Shown: one piece after another, positions 7,426-19,407 of the stretch
How the letters are laid out: every line of letters starts with the position of its first letter
Numbering within the stretch: the stretch's first letter is position 1
Assembly (NCBI GenBank): GCA_046483305.1
Contig: JAWODM010000057.1
Location: 1 to 27,264 of the forward strand
Direction of reading: 5' to 3'
Length of the DNA stretch: 27,264 bases
DNA from: Candidatus Krumholzibacteriales bacterium
GTDB taxonomy: Bacteria; Krumholzibacteriota; Krumholzibacteriia; Krumholzibacteriales; WJIX01
Notes under the pieces: model-generated
Database searches by the model: none
What the model saw: only the letters and a program-made list of their open reading frames with translations
Told to the model about the DNA's origin: nothing
Position numbers and translations under genes: made by a program

Positions 7426-8145
7426 TTGAAAAGGTTAAGACTGGGGGTAAATGTCGATCACGTGGCTACCCTGAGAGAGGCCAGGAAAACGGTGGAGCCG
7501 GACCCGGTAACCGTCGCCATGCTGGCCGAGCAGGGCGGAGCGGACCAGATCACTTTCCACCTGAGGGGCGACAGGAGGCATATTCAGAACCGGGATGTCC
7601 GGCTGATCAGCGAAATGGCCCAGACCATGGTGAACCAGGAGATGGCAGCCACTGATGAAATGCAGGAGATAGCCCTGGCGATGCGGCCGGACTCGGTGAC
7701 CTTCGTTCCGGAGAAGAGAGAAGAAGTCACCACCGAAGGGGGGCTGGACCTTCTCTCGGACAGCTCAAGGTTCGAGGACGCGGTGGCCACCCTGGGAGAG
7801 AGCGGAATAAAGACCGCCGCCTTCATCGACCCGGTGTTCGCCCAGATAAAGCAGGCCGCCAAACTGGGGTTCGACGCGGTGGAGATACACACCGGGGAGT
7901 ACGCCAACGCATCCCCGGCGGAGAGGCCGGCGGCGCTGAAGGCGATAAGAGAGGCGGCCGAGGCGGCCCGGAAGTACAAGCTGGGGGTCCACGCGGGGCA
8001 CGGCCTGACCTACCACAACGTGCATCCCGTAGTCAGGATCGCGGAGATAGAGGAGCTCAATATCGGGCACAGCATAATTTCAAGGGCGGTATTCGTGGGG
8101 ATGGAACAGGCGGTCAGGGAGATGGTGGCGCTGATGAAGCGGTAG
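7426..8145 (+). CDS. pdxJ: Pyridoxine 5'-phosphate synthase
   Basis: [50 protein letters not shown] and [12 protein letters not shown] start after AAGGAGG. Confidence 0.97.
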   Translation: MKRLRLGVNVDHVATLREARKTVEPDPVTVAMLAEQGGADQITFHLRGDRRHIQNRDVRLISEMAQTMVNQEMAATDEMQEIALAMRPDSVTFVPEKREEVTTEGGLDLLSDSSRFEDAVATLGESGIKTAAFIDPVFAQIKQAAKLGFDAVEIHTGEYANASPAERPAALKAIREAAEAARKYKLGVHAGHGLTYHNVHPVVRIAEIEELNIGHSIISRAVFVGMEQAVREMVALMKR

Positions 8146-8169
8146 CGAATCTGCTGGAAGCGGGTAAAC

Positions 8170-8205
8170 AAAAAGGCCGGGAAGATGTGTTCTCCCCGGC
8201 CTTTT
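8170..8205. terminator. Bidirectional Rho-independent terminator between convergent pdxJ and ald
   Basis: aaaaggccggg ... cccggcctttt inverted repeat with A and T tails. Confidence 0.8.
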
Positions 8206-8223
8206 CTGCTAACATGGGCTGCT

Positions 8224-9348
8224 TTACTCTTCGATATCGATGATATCTTCCAGGGGCGTGAACTTTCTCCGGAAAGCCATGGCAACAGCCTCGTCGGTTA
8301 TGCTGCCGGCCAGCATGTTGACCCCTGTCCAGACCGCCCAGCTCTCCCTGGCCGCTTCCTCCCATCCCCTGTCCGCGATTTCCACCGCGTACGGGAGGGT
8401 GGCGTTGGTAAGAGCGTAGGTTGAAGTCCTGGCGACAGCTCCAGGCATGTTGGCCACTCCGTAGTGGACCACGCCATACTTGATGTAAATCGGCCTGGTG
8501 TGGGTGGTGGGCTTGATGGTCTCTATGCATCCGCCCTGGTCCACCGCCACGTCCACTACCACCGCGCCGTTCTTCATGGTCTTGATCATATCCCGGGTGA
8601 CCAGGCGGGGCGCCTTGGCGCCCTTCAGCAGGACCGCTCCCACTACCAGGTCGGATTCCGCGACCGACTGGCGTATATTCTCGGGGTTGGACATCATGGT
8701 AGTCACGTTGGCCGGCAGAACGTCGCTGAGATAGCGGAGCCTTTCCAGGTCAACGTCCAGAATCTTCACGTTGGCGCCCAGTCCGGATGCCATCTTGGCC
8801 GCGTTGGTTCCCACAATACCGCCGCCGATGATGGTCACCTTGGCCGGCTCCACTCCGGGGACTCCGCCCAGAAGGATCCCTCTGCCCTCCATGGGTCGCT
8901 CCAGGTACTTGGCCCCCTCCTGGATAGCCATTCTTCCGGCTACTTCGCTCATCGGGGTAAGAAGGGGGAGCGAACCGTCTTCCTCTTCCATGGTCTCGTA
9001 GGCGATACATACCGCTTTGCTCTTGAGCATCCCGGTGGTCAGCGGCTTGCTGGCCGCGAAGTGGAAATAGGTGAATATAATCTGGTCCTCGCGGCACATC
9101 CTGATCTCTGAAGGCTGAGGCTCCTTCACCTTGATTATCATATCGCTTTTCTTGAAAATGCTCTTTACGTCCTTGACGATGGAAGCTCCCGCATCCCGGT
9201 ATTCCCTGTCGGTGAAGCCGCTTCCCTCTCCGGCGCCCTTTTCGACCAGGACCTTGTGTCCATGCTTTATCAGTGTCTCCGCCCCGACCGGTATAAGGGC
9301 GACCCGGTACTCGTCCTTCTTTATCTCTTTCGGAACTCCTATAATCAT
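8224..9348 (-). CDS. ald: Alanine dehydrogenase
   Basis: MIIGVPKEIKKDEYRVAL, KVKEP, LPLLTPMSEVAGR, GGGIVG, VDVAVDQGGC, YGVANMPGAV and STYALTNATLPY. Confidence 0.97.
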   Translation of the reverse strand: MIIGVPKEIKKDEYRVALIPVGAETLIKHGHKVLVEKGAGEGSGFTDREYRDAGASIVKDVKSIFKKSDMIIKVKEPQPSEIRMCREDQIIFTYFHFAASKPLTTGMLKSKAVCIAYETMEEEDGSLPLLTPMSEVAGRMAIQEGAKYLERPMEGRGILLGGVPGVEPAKVTIIGGGIVGTNAAKMASGLGANVKILDVDLERLRYLSDVLPANVTTMMSNPENIRQSVAESDLVVGAVLLKGAKAPRLVTRDMIKTMKNGAVVVDVAVDQGGCIETIKPTTHTRPIYIKYGVVHYGVANMPGAVARTSTYALTNATLPYAVEIADRGWEEAARESWAVWTGVNMLAGSITDEAVAMAFRRKFTPLEDIIDIEE

Positions 9349-9477
9349 ATGATCACTCCAGGCTGATTTGAATAGGTACAGAATTTGACAATAATATATA
9401 TAACAATTTCCGCCTTTTACAACAATAATTTATTGGCTCCGGAGAAGAGTTTCGACGGAACTTATTTGATTTTCAGG

Positions 9478-9518
9478 TTGATATAATACTGCTATAGCGG
9501 GTATAATTGAGTATAATC
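9478..9518 (+). promoter_or_regulatory. Putative sigma70 promoter(s) for the 9565 gene
   Basis: TTGATA (9478-9483), 18 bp, TATAAT (9502-9507). A second GTATAAT follows 10 bp later. Confidence 0.5.
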
Positions 9519-9564
9519 CGCAGAAATGGCGACCTTATCTGAATCGAACCGATGGAGGGTGTAA

Positions 9565-12495
<2,931 letters not shown>

Positions 12496-12528
12496 TTATC
12501 TTTTTCCGGATTATAATATATAAGTGGG

Positions 12529-14997
12529 TTACTGTTGAAGCAGTTCTTTCCATCTTCCGGTGTTGAAGTTGAATTTTTCGGCCAGGTTCAGCATTGCCCG
12601 GAAATCTTCACGCCGGGAGGGGGCGCCCTCCTCCTGAAGGGCGCTCTCCAGAAGCCGGAAAATCTCGTTCTGGATCAGCTGCTCTCTTATCTCTATTCCT
12701 GAATCTCTGCAGTAATCCGCGAACTTTATGATATCGGAGGCTTTCTCAGCGGACGGAACCGCATCGAACCCCTTCAGGTTCTCCAGAATAAACCCGGATA
12801 TCTCATCTGAAGCGGAGCCGCTGTCCATCTCCACCCCGTAGCCGGAAGCGGTCTGCAGGACCTCTCTGATACCTCCCAGATCCTCGGGACGGAGCGACCT
12901 CTTCCAGCGGGCAAGCTGCTCGTCCAGCTTTCTCTCCAGGTAGGTGGATGCCACCGACAGGATAACCTGGGGTTTGGGAAGAGAAGCCTGGTCCAGGACC
13001 TTCAGGAACTCCCTGTTCTCCATGTAGATTCTTTCCAGGAGGGGTTCCAGTGAATCCAGCCGGATGTCGGTCAGGTCCCTGAGAACCCTGTTCATGTCGT
13101 CGGGGAACAGGTCCCGGATGGAGAAGAGGTTGCCTCCGAAGTGATCCACCCCGAAATGCAGCATTTCTTCCCTGCCGGCGTCTGCTGGAAGCTGCTCCAG
13201 ATCGGGCAGCCGCTGATTCTCCTGCCCGCTCTCTCCGGCAGGTTTCAGCATGCATATGCTCCTGAGCCGGTCTCTGCGGGTAAACAGGTACCGGAATCCG
13301 GGGCTGTCTTCGATAAGGTCTGATTCAACCTGCACTGTCCCGGCAGTAATGGTATTGCTTCCCCGCTCAGCGGTCTGCCGGTCCAGCTCCCTGAAGGAAT
13401 AGCCGAACTGCTCCGGAGAGATATCGGGGCAGGGAAGAAGCAGAGAATGAAGGTACTGGCCCGCCAGAAACTGCGAGGTTACCCGGGAGCGCTCCAAGGC
13501 GCTGCTGTATATATCGGCGCCGGTTCCAAGGCCGGGAACATTGCTCCTCGCTTCGGAGAGGGTTCGGAGCAGTTCGGCCTGAACCGGCTCCCGGTTACTC
13601 TCTCCGGCCAGGTCGATCGCCCGGGCGGCGTATTTGAGTATCTGCCTGGCCTCCAGCCCGGAGATATCGTTGAAGAACCAGCCGCAGGAGGTGAACATGT
13701 ACATGGAGAACCTCTGTGATTCCAGAAGTCTTATTATCCTTGATTCGGTTTCCCGGTCCGGCAGCCCGCTGCAGTGCTTCTTCATGAAGTTTTCCCGGGC
13801 CTCTCTGCCGTTGCCGTTAAGAACCGATATGTAGTCGTTCCGGGCCTTCCACGGATCCTTCAGATATGAACCGCCTTCTTTTTCGAAGATAGCGGCCAGC
13901 CTGTCCCGCAGTCTGTTCAGACCTGATCTGAGAGGGGCTCTCCATTTCTGATTCCATCCTTCGGGGGCGTTTACGTTGCAGCCGCAGTCTCTTTTCCACC
14001 TTCCCACCCCGTGAGAGCATGACCAGGCGGTTCCCTCGCCGTTGTTTCCATCCTTAAGCCTGACCTCAAACTCAGGCCGGTGTTTCTCCAGGTATGCCCC
14101 GAAGTTGGTCATATTGAATCCGAATTTTTCCCGGGAGTTTGCTATCAGGTAGGCCAGCGCCATATCGCCGAACGGTTCGTGATGGCCGAACACCTCTCCG
14201 TCGGTGGCCACGGTTACCAGATTGCTTCCTCCTCTTTCGACCCCTTCGCCCAGCGCCTTTGCCAGGGTGTCGCCGCTTCTGAGAAGGCCGTTGAAAGCTA
14301 TATCACTGGCCAGGGGGGAGTCGTAGAAGAAGATGTTGACGCCCTCTCCCTTTCCGCTTCCGCGGCACAGGTAGGCATTTCCGGTGAGGATGTTTCCGGC
14401 GGAGACATCCTTCCATTTGCCGTCCTTTTTCAGGGGGCGGATGGATTCCGCCTGGTGGGGGGAGAGAATTATGAATTTTATCCCGTAATCGGCAATTATA
14501 TCCACAGTGGTATTATTGACTGCGGTCTCCGCCAGCCATATCCCTTCCGGCTCTCTGCCGAAGCAGCGCCGGAAATCCGCTATTCCCCATTCTATCTGGG
14601 TCCTCTGGTCTCTCTCATTGGCCAGGGGCATGATAATATGGTTGTAAACCTGGGCTATGGCGTTCCCGTGCCCGTTATTCGCTTCCATGCTTTCGGCGTC
14701 GGCCCGTACTATGATTTCGACCAGGCCGGGATGCCGCCTTTCCAGCCACCTCAGAATGGTGGGCCCGAAATTGAAGCTGATGCTGCGGTAATTGTTTACC
14801 AGCCCCAGTATCCCTCCGCCTCCGTCCAGGAGGCGGGAGCATGAATTCGGGAGGTAACATTCCCTGGTTATTCTCTCATTCCAGTCATGGAAGGGGAAGG
14901 CGCTTTCCTGAGTGTCTATCCTGCCGGTCCAGGGATTTTCTCTGGGAGGCTGATAGAAGTGCCCGTGTATGATTACGTTCTTTTCTTTTTCCGCCAT
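12529..14997 (-). CDS. GH57 glycoside hydrolase with DUF3536 domain
   Basis: HGHFYQPPRENPW, SFNFGPT, HIIMPLA, WLAETAV, TDGEVFGHH, WSCSHGVGRW and MFTSCGWFFNDISGLE. Confidence 0.92.
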   Translation of the reverse strand: MAEKEKNVIIHGHFYQPPRENPWTGRIDTQESAFPFHDWNERITRECYLPNSCSRLLDGGGGILGLVNNYRSISFNFGPTILRWLERRHPGLVEIIVRADAESMEANNGHGNAIAQVYNHIIMPLANERDQRTQIEWGIADFRRCFGREPEGIWLAETAVNNTTVDIIADYGIKFIILSPHQAESIRPLKKDGKWKDVSAGNILTGNAYLCRGSGKGEGVNIFFYDSPLASDIAFNGLLRSGDTLAKALGEGVERGGSNLVTVATDGEVFGHHEPFGDMALAYLIANSREKFGFNMTNFGAYLEKHRPEFEVRLKDGNNGEGTAWSCSHGVGRWKRDCGCNVNAPEGWNQKWRAPLRSGLNRLRDRLAAIFEKEGGSYLKDPWKARNDYISVLNGNGREARENFMKKHCSGLPDRETESRIIRLLESQRFSMYMFTSCGWFFNDISGLEARQILKYAARAIDLAGESNREPVQAELLRTLSEARSNVPGLGTGADIYSSALERSRVTSQFLAGQYLHSLLLPCPDISPEQFGYSFRELDRQTAERGSNTITAGTVQVESDLIEDSPGFRYLFTRRDRLRSICMLKPAGESGQENQRLPDLEQLPADAGREEMLHFGVDHFGGNLFSIRDLFPDDMNRVLRDLTDIRLDSLEPLLERIYMENREFLKVLDQASLPKPQVILSVASTYLERKLDEQLARWKRSLRPEDLGGIREVLQTASGYGVEMDSGSASDEISGFILENLKGFDAVPSAEKASDIIKFADYCRDSGIEIREQLIQNEIFRLLESALQEEGAPSRREDFRAMLNLAEKFNFNTGRWKELLQQ

Positions 14998-14998
14998 A

Positions 14999-16597
14999 TT
15001 AACTTTCAGCCGGTGAGTATGCCCGGTAATCCAGGCGGGGGAATATATTGTCCCGCCTTTCTATCTCCTCCAGCCAGGGCTCCTTGATGCTCCCCTGAAG
15101 GATGTCCCTGTACAGCCTGTCGAACCTGTTTATGTGGGTCTTGATCCTGGTGTGGGCGTATTCCACCTGGGTCCCGGTCTTCATTATGAAAGCCCAGTCG
15201 CTGCTCTGGGCCAGAAGCAGCTCCCTGGCGGCCTGGTTAAGAGCGCGTAGAAGCACTCCCTCAGACTCAGGGAACCTGCCGGCCAGTTCGATCATCCTGT
15301 CTTCCATCATGTGAAGGTGCGGATAGATCCAGTCGTTGCTCCCGTTGAGCCACACCTCGTTGTAGCCCTTGTAACCCCACGAGGACATCGAGGGCCTGAT
15401 TACCTGCAGCCGGTGCGCGTTGCCGAGGTATTCCGAGGGAGTGACCGGAATGATGGTCTGCTGGTCGTAGTATATCTTGCGCATCAGGAACTCCAGCCAC
15501 ATCGGCCCCTCGTGCCACCAGTGCCCGAACAGTTCGGCGTCGTATGGCGAGACGATAATCGGGGGCATATCCATTATGGAGTTGAGGTACTCTATCTGTT
15601 TCTCCCGGTTGAACATGAAGTTGCCGGCGTGCTCCGCGGCCCTATCCCTGGCCTGCTCGGGCCGGTACAGCTCCTTATGCTCGCTCTTTCCGGTTATCCG
15701 GTAATATTTGATCCCCAGGTTAATCCGGTGCCCGTCGCCGTGAAGGTAAGGCCTGATGTAATCGTAGTCCAGGTCGAACCCCACATCCCTGTAGAAATCC
15801 CGGTATTCGTAATCCCCCGGGTAACCTTCCCTGGCGCTCCATACCTGCTTGGATGATTCAGTGTCTCTTCCGAACGCCGCCACTCCGTTGGGGCATAGAG
15901 CCGGCGCGAACACTCCGTAGCCGGGCTTCGGCTCCCCGTAAAGTATTCCGTGAGTGTCGGCAAAGAAGTACTTAATCCCCGCTTCGCCCAGAATTTCCTC
16001 TATCCCGGGAGCATAGCCGCATTCCGGCAGCCAGATCCCCCGGGGGTCTCTTCCCAGCACCTCCCGGTACTGCTCGGCCGCTATCTCTATCTGGGCCCGG
16101 GCGGCGGCCCGGTTCTTCATCAGGGGCAGGAATCCGTGGGTTGCCCCGCAGGTTACTATCTCCAGCGATCCCCGGTCCTGAAAATGCCGGAAAGCACTCA
16201 CCAGGTCACGGTTCCATATTTCCGAAAAAGTGCGGCGGCAGCGGGTGAAGATATTGTGATACATCCTGGCCAGGGTCTGAAGATGCTGGTCGCCGCGGGC
16301 GCGGGCGATCTCCCGTTCCGAAAGTTCTATCATCTTGTTCAGATGCCGGACATAGCGCTCCTGCAGCAGTGGATCGGTCATCATGGAGATCAGGGTCGGG
16401 GTAAGGGACATGGTGATCCTGAATCTGATCTCCTCGTCCTCCAGCCTGGTGAACATATCAAGAAGGGGTATGTAGGTTTCGGTGACCGCTTCGAAGAACC
16501 AGTCCTCCTCCAGGAAGGTCTGGTGCTCCGGGTGCCTCACGAAAGGCAGGTGAGCGTGAAGCACCATGCAGAGATATCCTCTGGGTCTGTTTGACAT
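14999..16597 (-). CDS. GH57 1,4-alpha-glucan branching enzyme (DUF1957 C-terminal domain)
   Basis: LHAHLPFV, ETYIPLL, THGFLP, GIWLPECGY (nucleophile Glu), PYDAELFGHWWHEG (acid/base Asp) and RELLLAQSSDWAF. Confidence 0.93.
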   Translation of the reverse strand: MSNRPRGYLCMVLHAHLPFVRHPEHQTFLEEDWFFEAVTETYIPLLDMFTRLEDEEIRFRITMSLTPTLISMMTDPLLQERYVRHLNKMIELSEREIARARGDQHLQTLARMYHNIFTRCRRTFSEIWNRDLVSAFRHFQDRGSLEIVTCGATHGFLPLMKNRAAARAQIEIAAEQYREVLGRDPRGIWLPECGYAPGIEEILGEAGIKYFFADTHGILYGEPKPGYGVFAPALCPNGVAAFGRDTESSKQVWSAREGYPGDYEYRDFYRDVGFDLDYDYIRPYLHGDGHRINLGIKYYRITGKSEHKELYRPEQARDRAAEHAGNFMFNREKQIEYLNSIMDMPPIIVSPYDAELFGHWWHEGPMWLEFLMRKIYYDQQTIIPVTPSEYLGNAHRLQVIRPSMSSWGYKGYNEVWLNGSNDWIYPHLHMMEDRMIELAGRFPESEGVLLRALNQAARELLLAQSSDWAFIMKTGTQVEYAHTRIKTHINRFDRLYRDILQGSIKEPWLEEIERRDNIFPRLDYRAYSPAES

Positions 16598-16604
16598 AAT
16601 TGAA

Positions 16605-17723
16605 TCAGTCCTCTGATGGTTCTCTGGTGTTAATGGAAGCCGCGATATTTTTCTCGATTGTCTCCCCGTTGGAAAGAAGCTTTATCGGTATCACCACTTC
16701 TCCGTCGGAAAGCTCCATCCGGATGGTAAAAGATCCGTCTTTGCCGGGTATTATCTCATCTTCGCAGAGAGATATGGTGGCGTCTCTGCCGGCGACCCCG
16801 TGGATGACCAGTTCCGCCTTCAGAACGGTTTTCCGGGGGGCCGGTTCCGAAGCCCCGAATGAGGAAACGCTCTCGGAGCTTATGTCGCGGAGCGGCATCC
16901 CGCCGCTGGTTCCTCCGCCGGCGCCCGATCTGAAATATACATCGCCGCTGGCGCTGATTATACGTTCGATAAGGTGTCCGGGGCGGGCCCACTTTTCATC
17001 CTGATGATCGGAGACCGATTCCCGGGGGGTCTCCACCTCTCTGGACAGCGATATCTCGGTGTATACGCCTTCCGGAGATATTACCCCCAATCCCACCTGG
17101 TATCTGGTATCCGGGTAAACATCTATATACCAGTTGTTGGTTTCGAAAGGGATGTCGATGTCAAAAGCGGGCGAACGCTCTCCGCCGTCTCCGACGTTGT
17201 AAACCCTCAGGACCATCCTGCATTCGTTCCAGGCCTGGCCGAATGAATCCGCGATTGACCTGATATCCCGGGAAGATATTTCCCAGTAGGCGAATATGCA
17301 GCGAGGATCCCGCACCAGGGTTCCCACCCTGGTCGAATCATAATCGGGAAGGTTCTCCTTCTCCTCCTTCAGTACCACCCTGCCGGATTCCTTTTCCAGG
17401 TAATATTTCCCGGATACCGCTTTCTGGCGTATGGTCCAGCCGTTATGCTCCGGTTCTTCAGCGGCGGGCCTGTCCCTGGCTGTTACGCTCTTCGGAACCT
17501 TCCCGCTCCTGCCCGCCTTCTTGACACGTCTTCTCTTTGATGCTTTGCTTTTCCCGGCGGCAGGTTTCTTTTTCCCGGTTTTCTTTTCCCTTTTACGGAA
17601 GTGCTCGTAAAGCATATCTACCAGTTCCGGCTTCAATATCTTTTCCGGGAGCTTAAGCTTCTCTGATTTCGCCAGCTTCAGAAGCTTGTTTTTTTTCATT
17701 TTTCTGAGTTCTGTCTTTGTCAT
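16605..17723 (-). CDS. DUF4912 domain protein with Rho_N-like N-terminus and Lys-rich linker
   Basis: N-terminal ELRKMKKNKLLKLAK...LKPELVDML, core LVRDPRCIFAYWE, LRVY, NWYI and SREVETP, and C-terminal AELVIHG. SD AGGAG. First gene of the GH57 operon. Confidence 0.85.
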   Translation of the reverse strand: MTKTELRKMKKNKLLKLAKSEKLKLPEKILKPELVDMLYEHFRKREKKTGKKKPAAGKSKASKRRRVKKAGRSGKVPKSVTARDRPAAEEPEHNGWTIRQKAVSGKYYLEKESGRVVLKEEKENLPDYDSTRVGTLVRDPRCIFAYWEISSRDIRSIADSFGQAWNECRMVLRVYNVGDGGERSPAFDIDIPFETNNWYIDVYPDTRYQVGLGVISPEGVYTEISLSREVETPRESVSDHQDEKWARPGHLIERIISASGDVYFRSGAGGGTSGGMPLRDISSESVSSFGASEPAPRKTVLKAELVIHGVAGRDATISLCEDEIIPGKDGSFTIRMELSDGEVVIPIKLLSNGETIEKNIAASINTREPSED

Positions 17724-17937
17724 CTCCTGCCTCTTTTCTAAAGCCCAAAAAAGCTGAAGCGGGGGGTAGTTGTTTGTGAAACAGCCCTTTGAAATTAAAT
17801 GCGACCTGAATTCACGGCTGATCGGGCAGCTGATGAAAAACAGGCCTTCCTGTTACTTAATTAGTGTACTAATGCCGGTGTTTGTCAAGTAATAATAAGC
17901 ATTGCCGCTTAATAATTTAACTTCTCCCTCCCCATTC

Positions 17938-19281
17938 TCAGAAGTTGGCGTTTATCAAGGGCATATATCTGGCCCAGCCGGGGTTGTTCCCGGCTATGTT
18001 GAGAAGCCCGAGCTGAACGCCCTGGAGAGCTTCAGCGTAATTAACTATCCCTACCGTCAGGCCTCTCTGGAATTCGCCGCAGAGGTTGACCGCCGACACG
18101 GAGAATCCCCTGAGGGATTCAACACGGGTATAAATTCCGGTAATATTGATACCCTGCAGCTCTGATGAAGAGGTGTATATACCGCTTGCCGAGATCCCCT
18201 GGAGCTTCTTTTCTATATCTATTTTGGTTCCGTGGATAGTTATCCACCTGGCTGTTTCCGCCTTGATTCCCTGGTAGTCCAGGTCGTATTCAGGGCCTTC
18301 ATCATCACTGTAATTCAATTCAGTGATAGATCCTACCGCCCCCACCGTTATATAACTGATATGGCTTTGGCTGACCACCGAACCGCCGCTGATATTTATG
18401 CCGCTGAAACCTCCGGTAGCGGTGGTGTTCAGCCCGCTGAGGTTTATGCCGCTAATCTCGCCGTCGCATACGCTGGCAATTCCGCCGATGGAGATCCCGT
18501 TCATCATCCCGTCACAAACATTGGCCAGGCCGCCAATCGAAATCCCCGACATCTTCCCGTCCGAAACGTTGGCCAGCCCGCCGAGGCAGATGCCGCTGCT
18601 GTGGCCGTCGTTGACATTCGCTAATCCGCCGAGCGCTATGCCGCTCATATCCCCGTCAATGACATTGGCCAGTCCCCCCAGCGAGATCCCGATGCAGTCG
18701 CCGTCAATGACATTGGCCAGTCCCCCCAGCGAGATGCCGGTCATGCTCCCGTCGTTTACATTTGCCAGGCCTCCAATCCCTATGCCGGTGAATCTGCCGC
18801 CGCTGACATTGGCCAGCCCCGCCAGTGATATTCCGGAAAAATCATCGCCTGACACGTTAGCCAGCCCGGATAGGGTTATGCCGTTTATTTCTCCACCGCT
18901 GACATTGGCCAATCCGGCCACCGCCAACCCGTTCAGGGCCGAACTGGCGTGAACATGAATTCCGCCCAGAGCCAGGAAGTCTATTTCGCCGGCCCGGGGG
19001 CCGTAGAGGCCGATGGAAAAACCCCTGAATACCGCATCCGGGTTCCTCCCCGGTTTCCACAGAGTCAGGTTGATCCCGTCAACTTTCCTGACGCATTCAT
19101 CTATGAGGTTAATCCGAAGGCCGTGGGTCACCCTGGAGTTCCCGAGGCTTATCCCCACGTCGTTGACAGTGAGATCGAGGCTCCCGGGCGAGGAGGTATA
19201 ATCGCATTCCCCTGCTGTATCCTCCCGCGCGGGCAGAGGTGACGCGATCATAAGAATAATAACAACAATAACCATTTTCAT
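17938..19281 (-). CDS. Secreted/outer-membrane surface protein with 16-aa Gly-rich repeats (LA_2272-like, predicted beta-solenoid)
   Basis: Signal peptide, about 12 tandem repeats of GIxxxGLANVxxGxxx, and a C-terminus GVQLGLLN...MPLINANF ending in Phe. Confidence 0.85.
   Translation of the reverse strand: MKMVIVVIILMIASPLPAREDTAGECDYTSSPGSLDLTVNDVGISLGNSRVTHGLRINLIDECVRKVDGINLTLWKPGRNPDAVFRGFSIGLYGPRAGEIDFLALGGIHVHASSALNGLAVAGLANVSGGEINGITLSGLANVSGDDFSGISLAGLANVSGGRFTGIGIGGLANVNDGSMTGISLGGLANVIDGDCIGISLGGLANVIDGDMSGIALGGLANVNDGHSSGICLGGLANVSDGKMSGISIGGLANVCDGMMNGISIGGIASVCDGEISGINLSGLNTTATGGFSGINISGGSVVSQSHISYITVGAVGSITELNYSDDEGPEYDLDYQGIKAETARWITIHGTKIDIEKKLQGISASGIYTSSSELQGINITGIYTRVESLRGFSVSAVNLCGEFQRGLTVGIVNYAEALQGVQLGLLNIAGNNPGWARYMPLINANF
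18355..18930 (-). repeat. Intragenic tandem repeat, 48-nt (16-codon) period, about 12 copies
   Basis: The protein repeats are visible, and 35 nt are identical between 18653-18687 and 18701-18735. Confidence 0.9.
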
Positions 19282-19407
19282 TTTATCGCTCCCGGAGAAT
19301 GAAGGTTAAAATTATAATTCCCTTTTATGCGTTACGCAATAGATGCCTGAAAAGTTTCAGGACAGCGCCCCCTTCCGGGCATCAGATTCCGGGTCCTGAT
19401 TGCCCTG

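Noticed and set aside
17724..17937. Riboswitch or ncRNA in the leader of the GH57 operon
   Set aside because: Only a short hairpin (17839-17854) and an ATTAGT-N2-ACTAAT palindrome (17860-17873) are present. I recognise no aptamer consensus by eye, and an Rfam scan would be needed.
18398..18952. Repetitive + strand ORF (TLASPP repeats)
   Set aside because: Antisense mirror of the 16-aa repeat tract.
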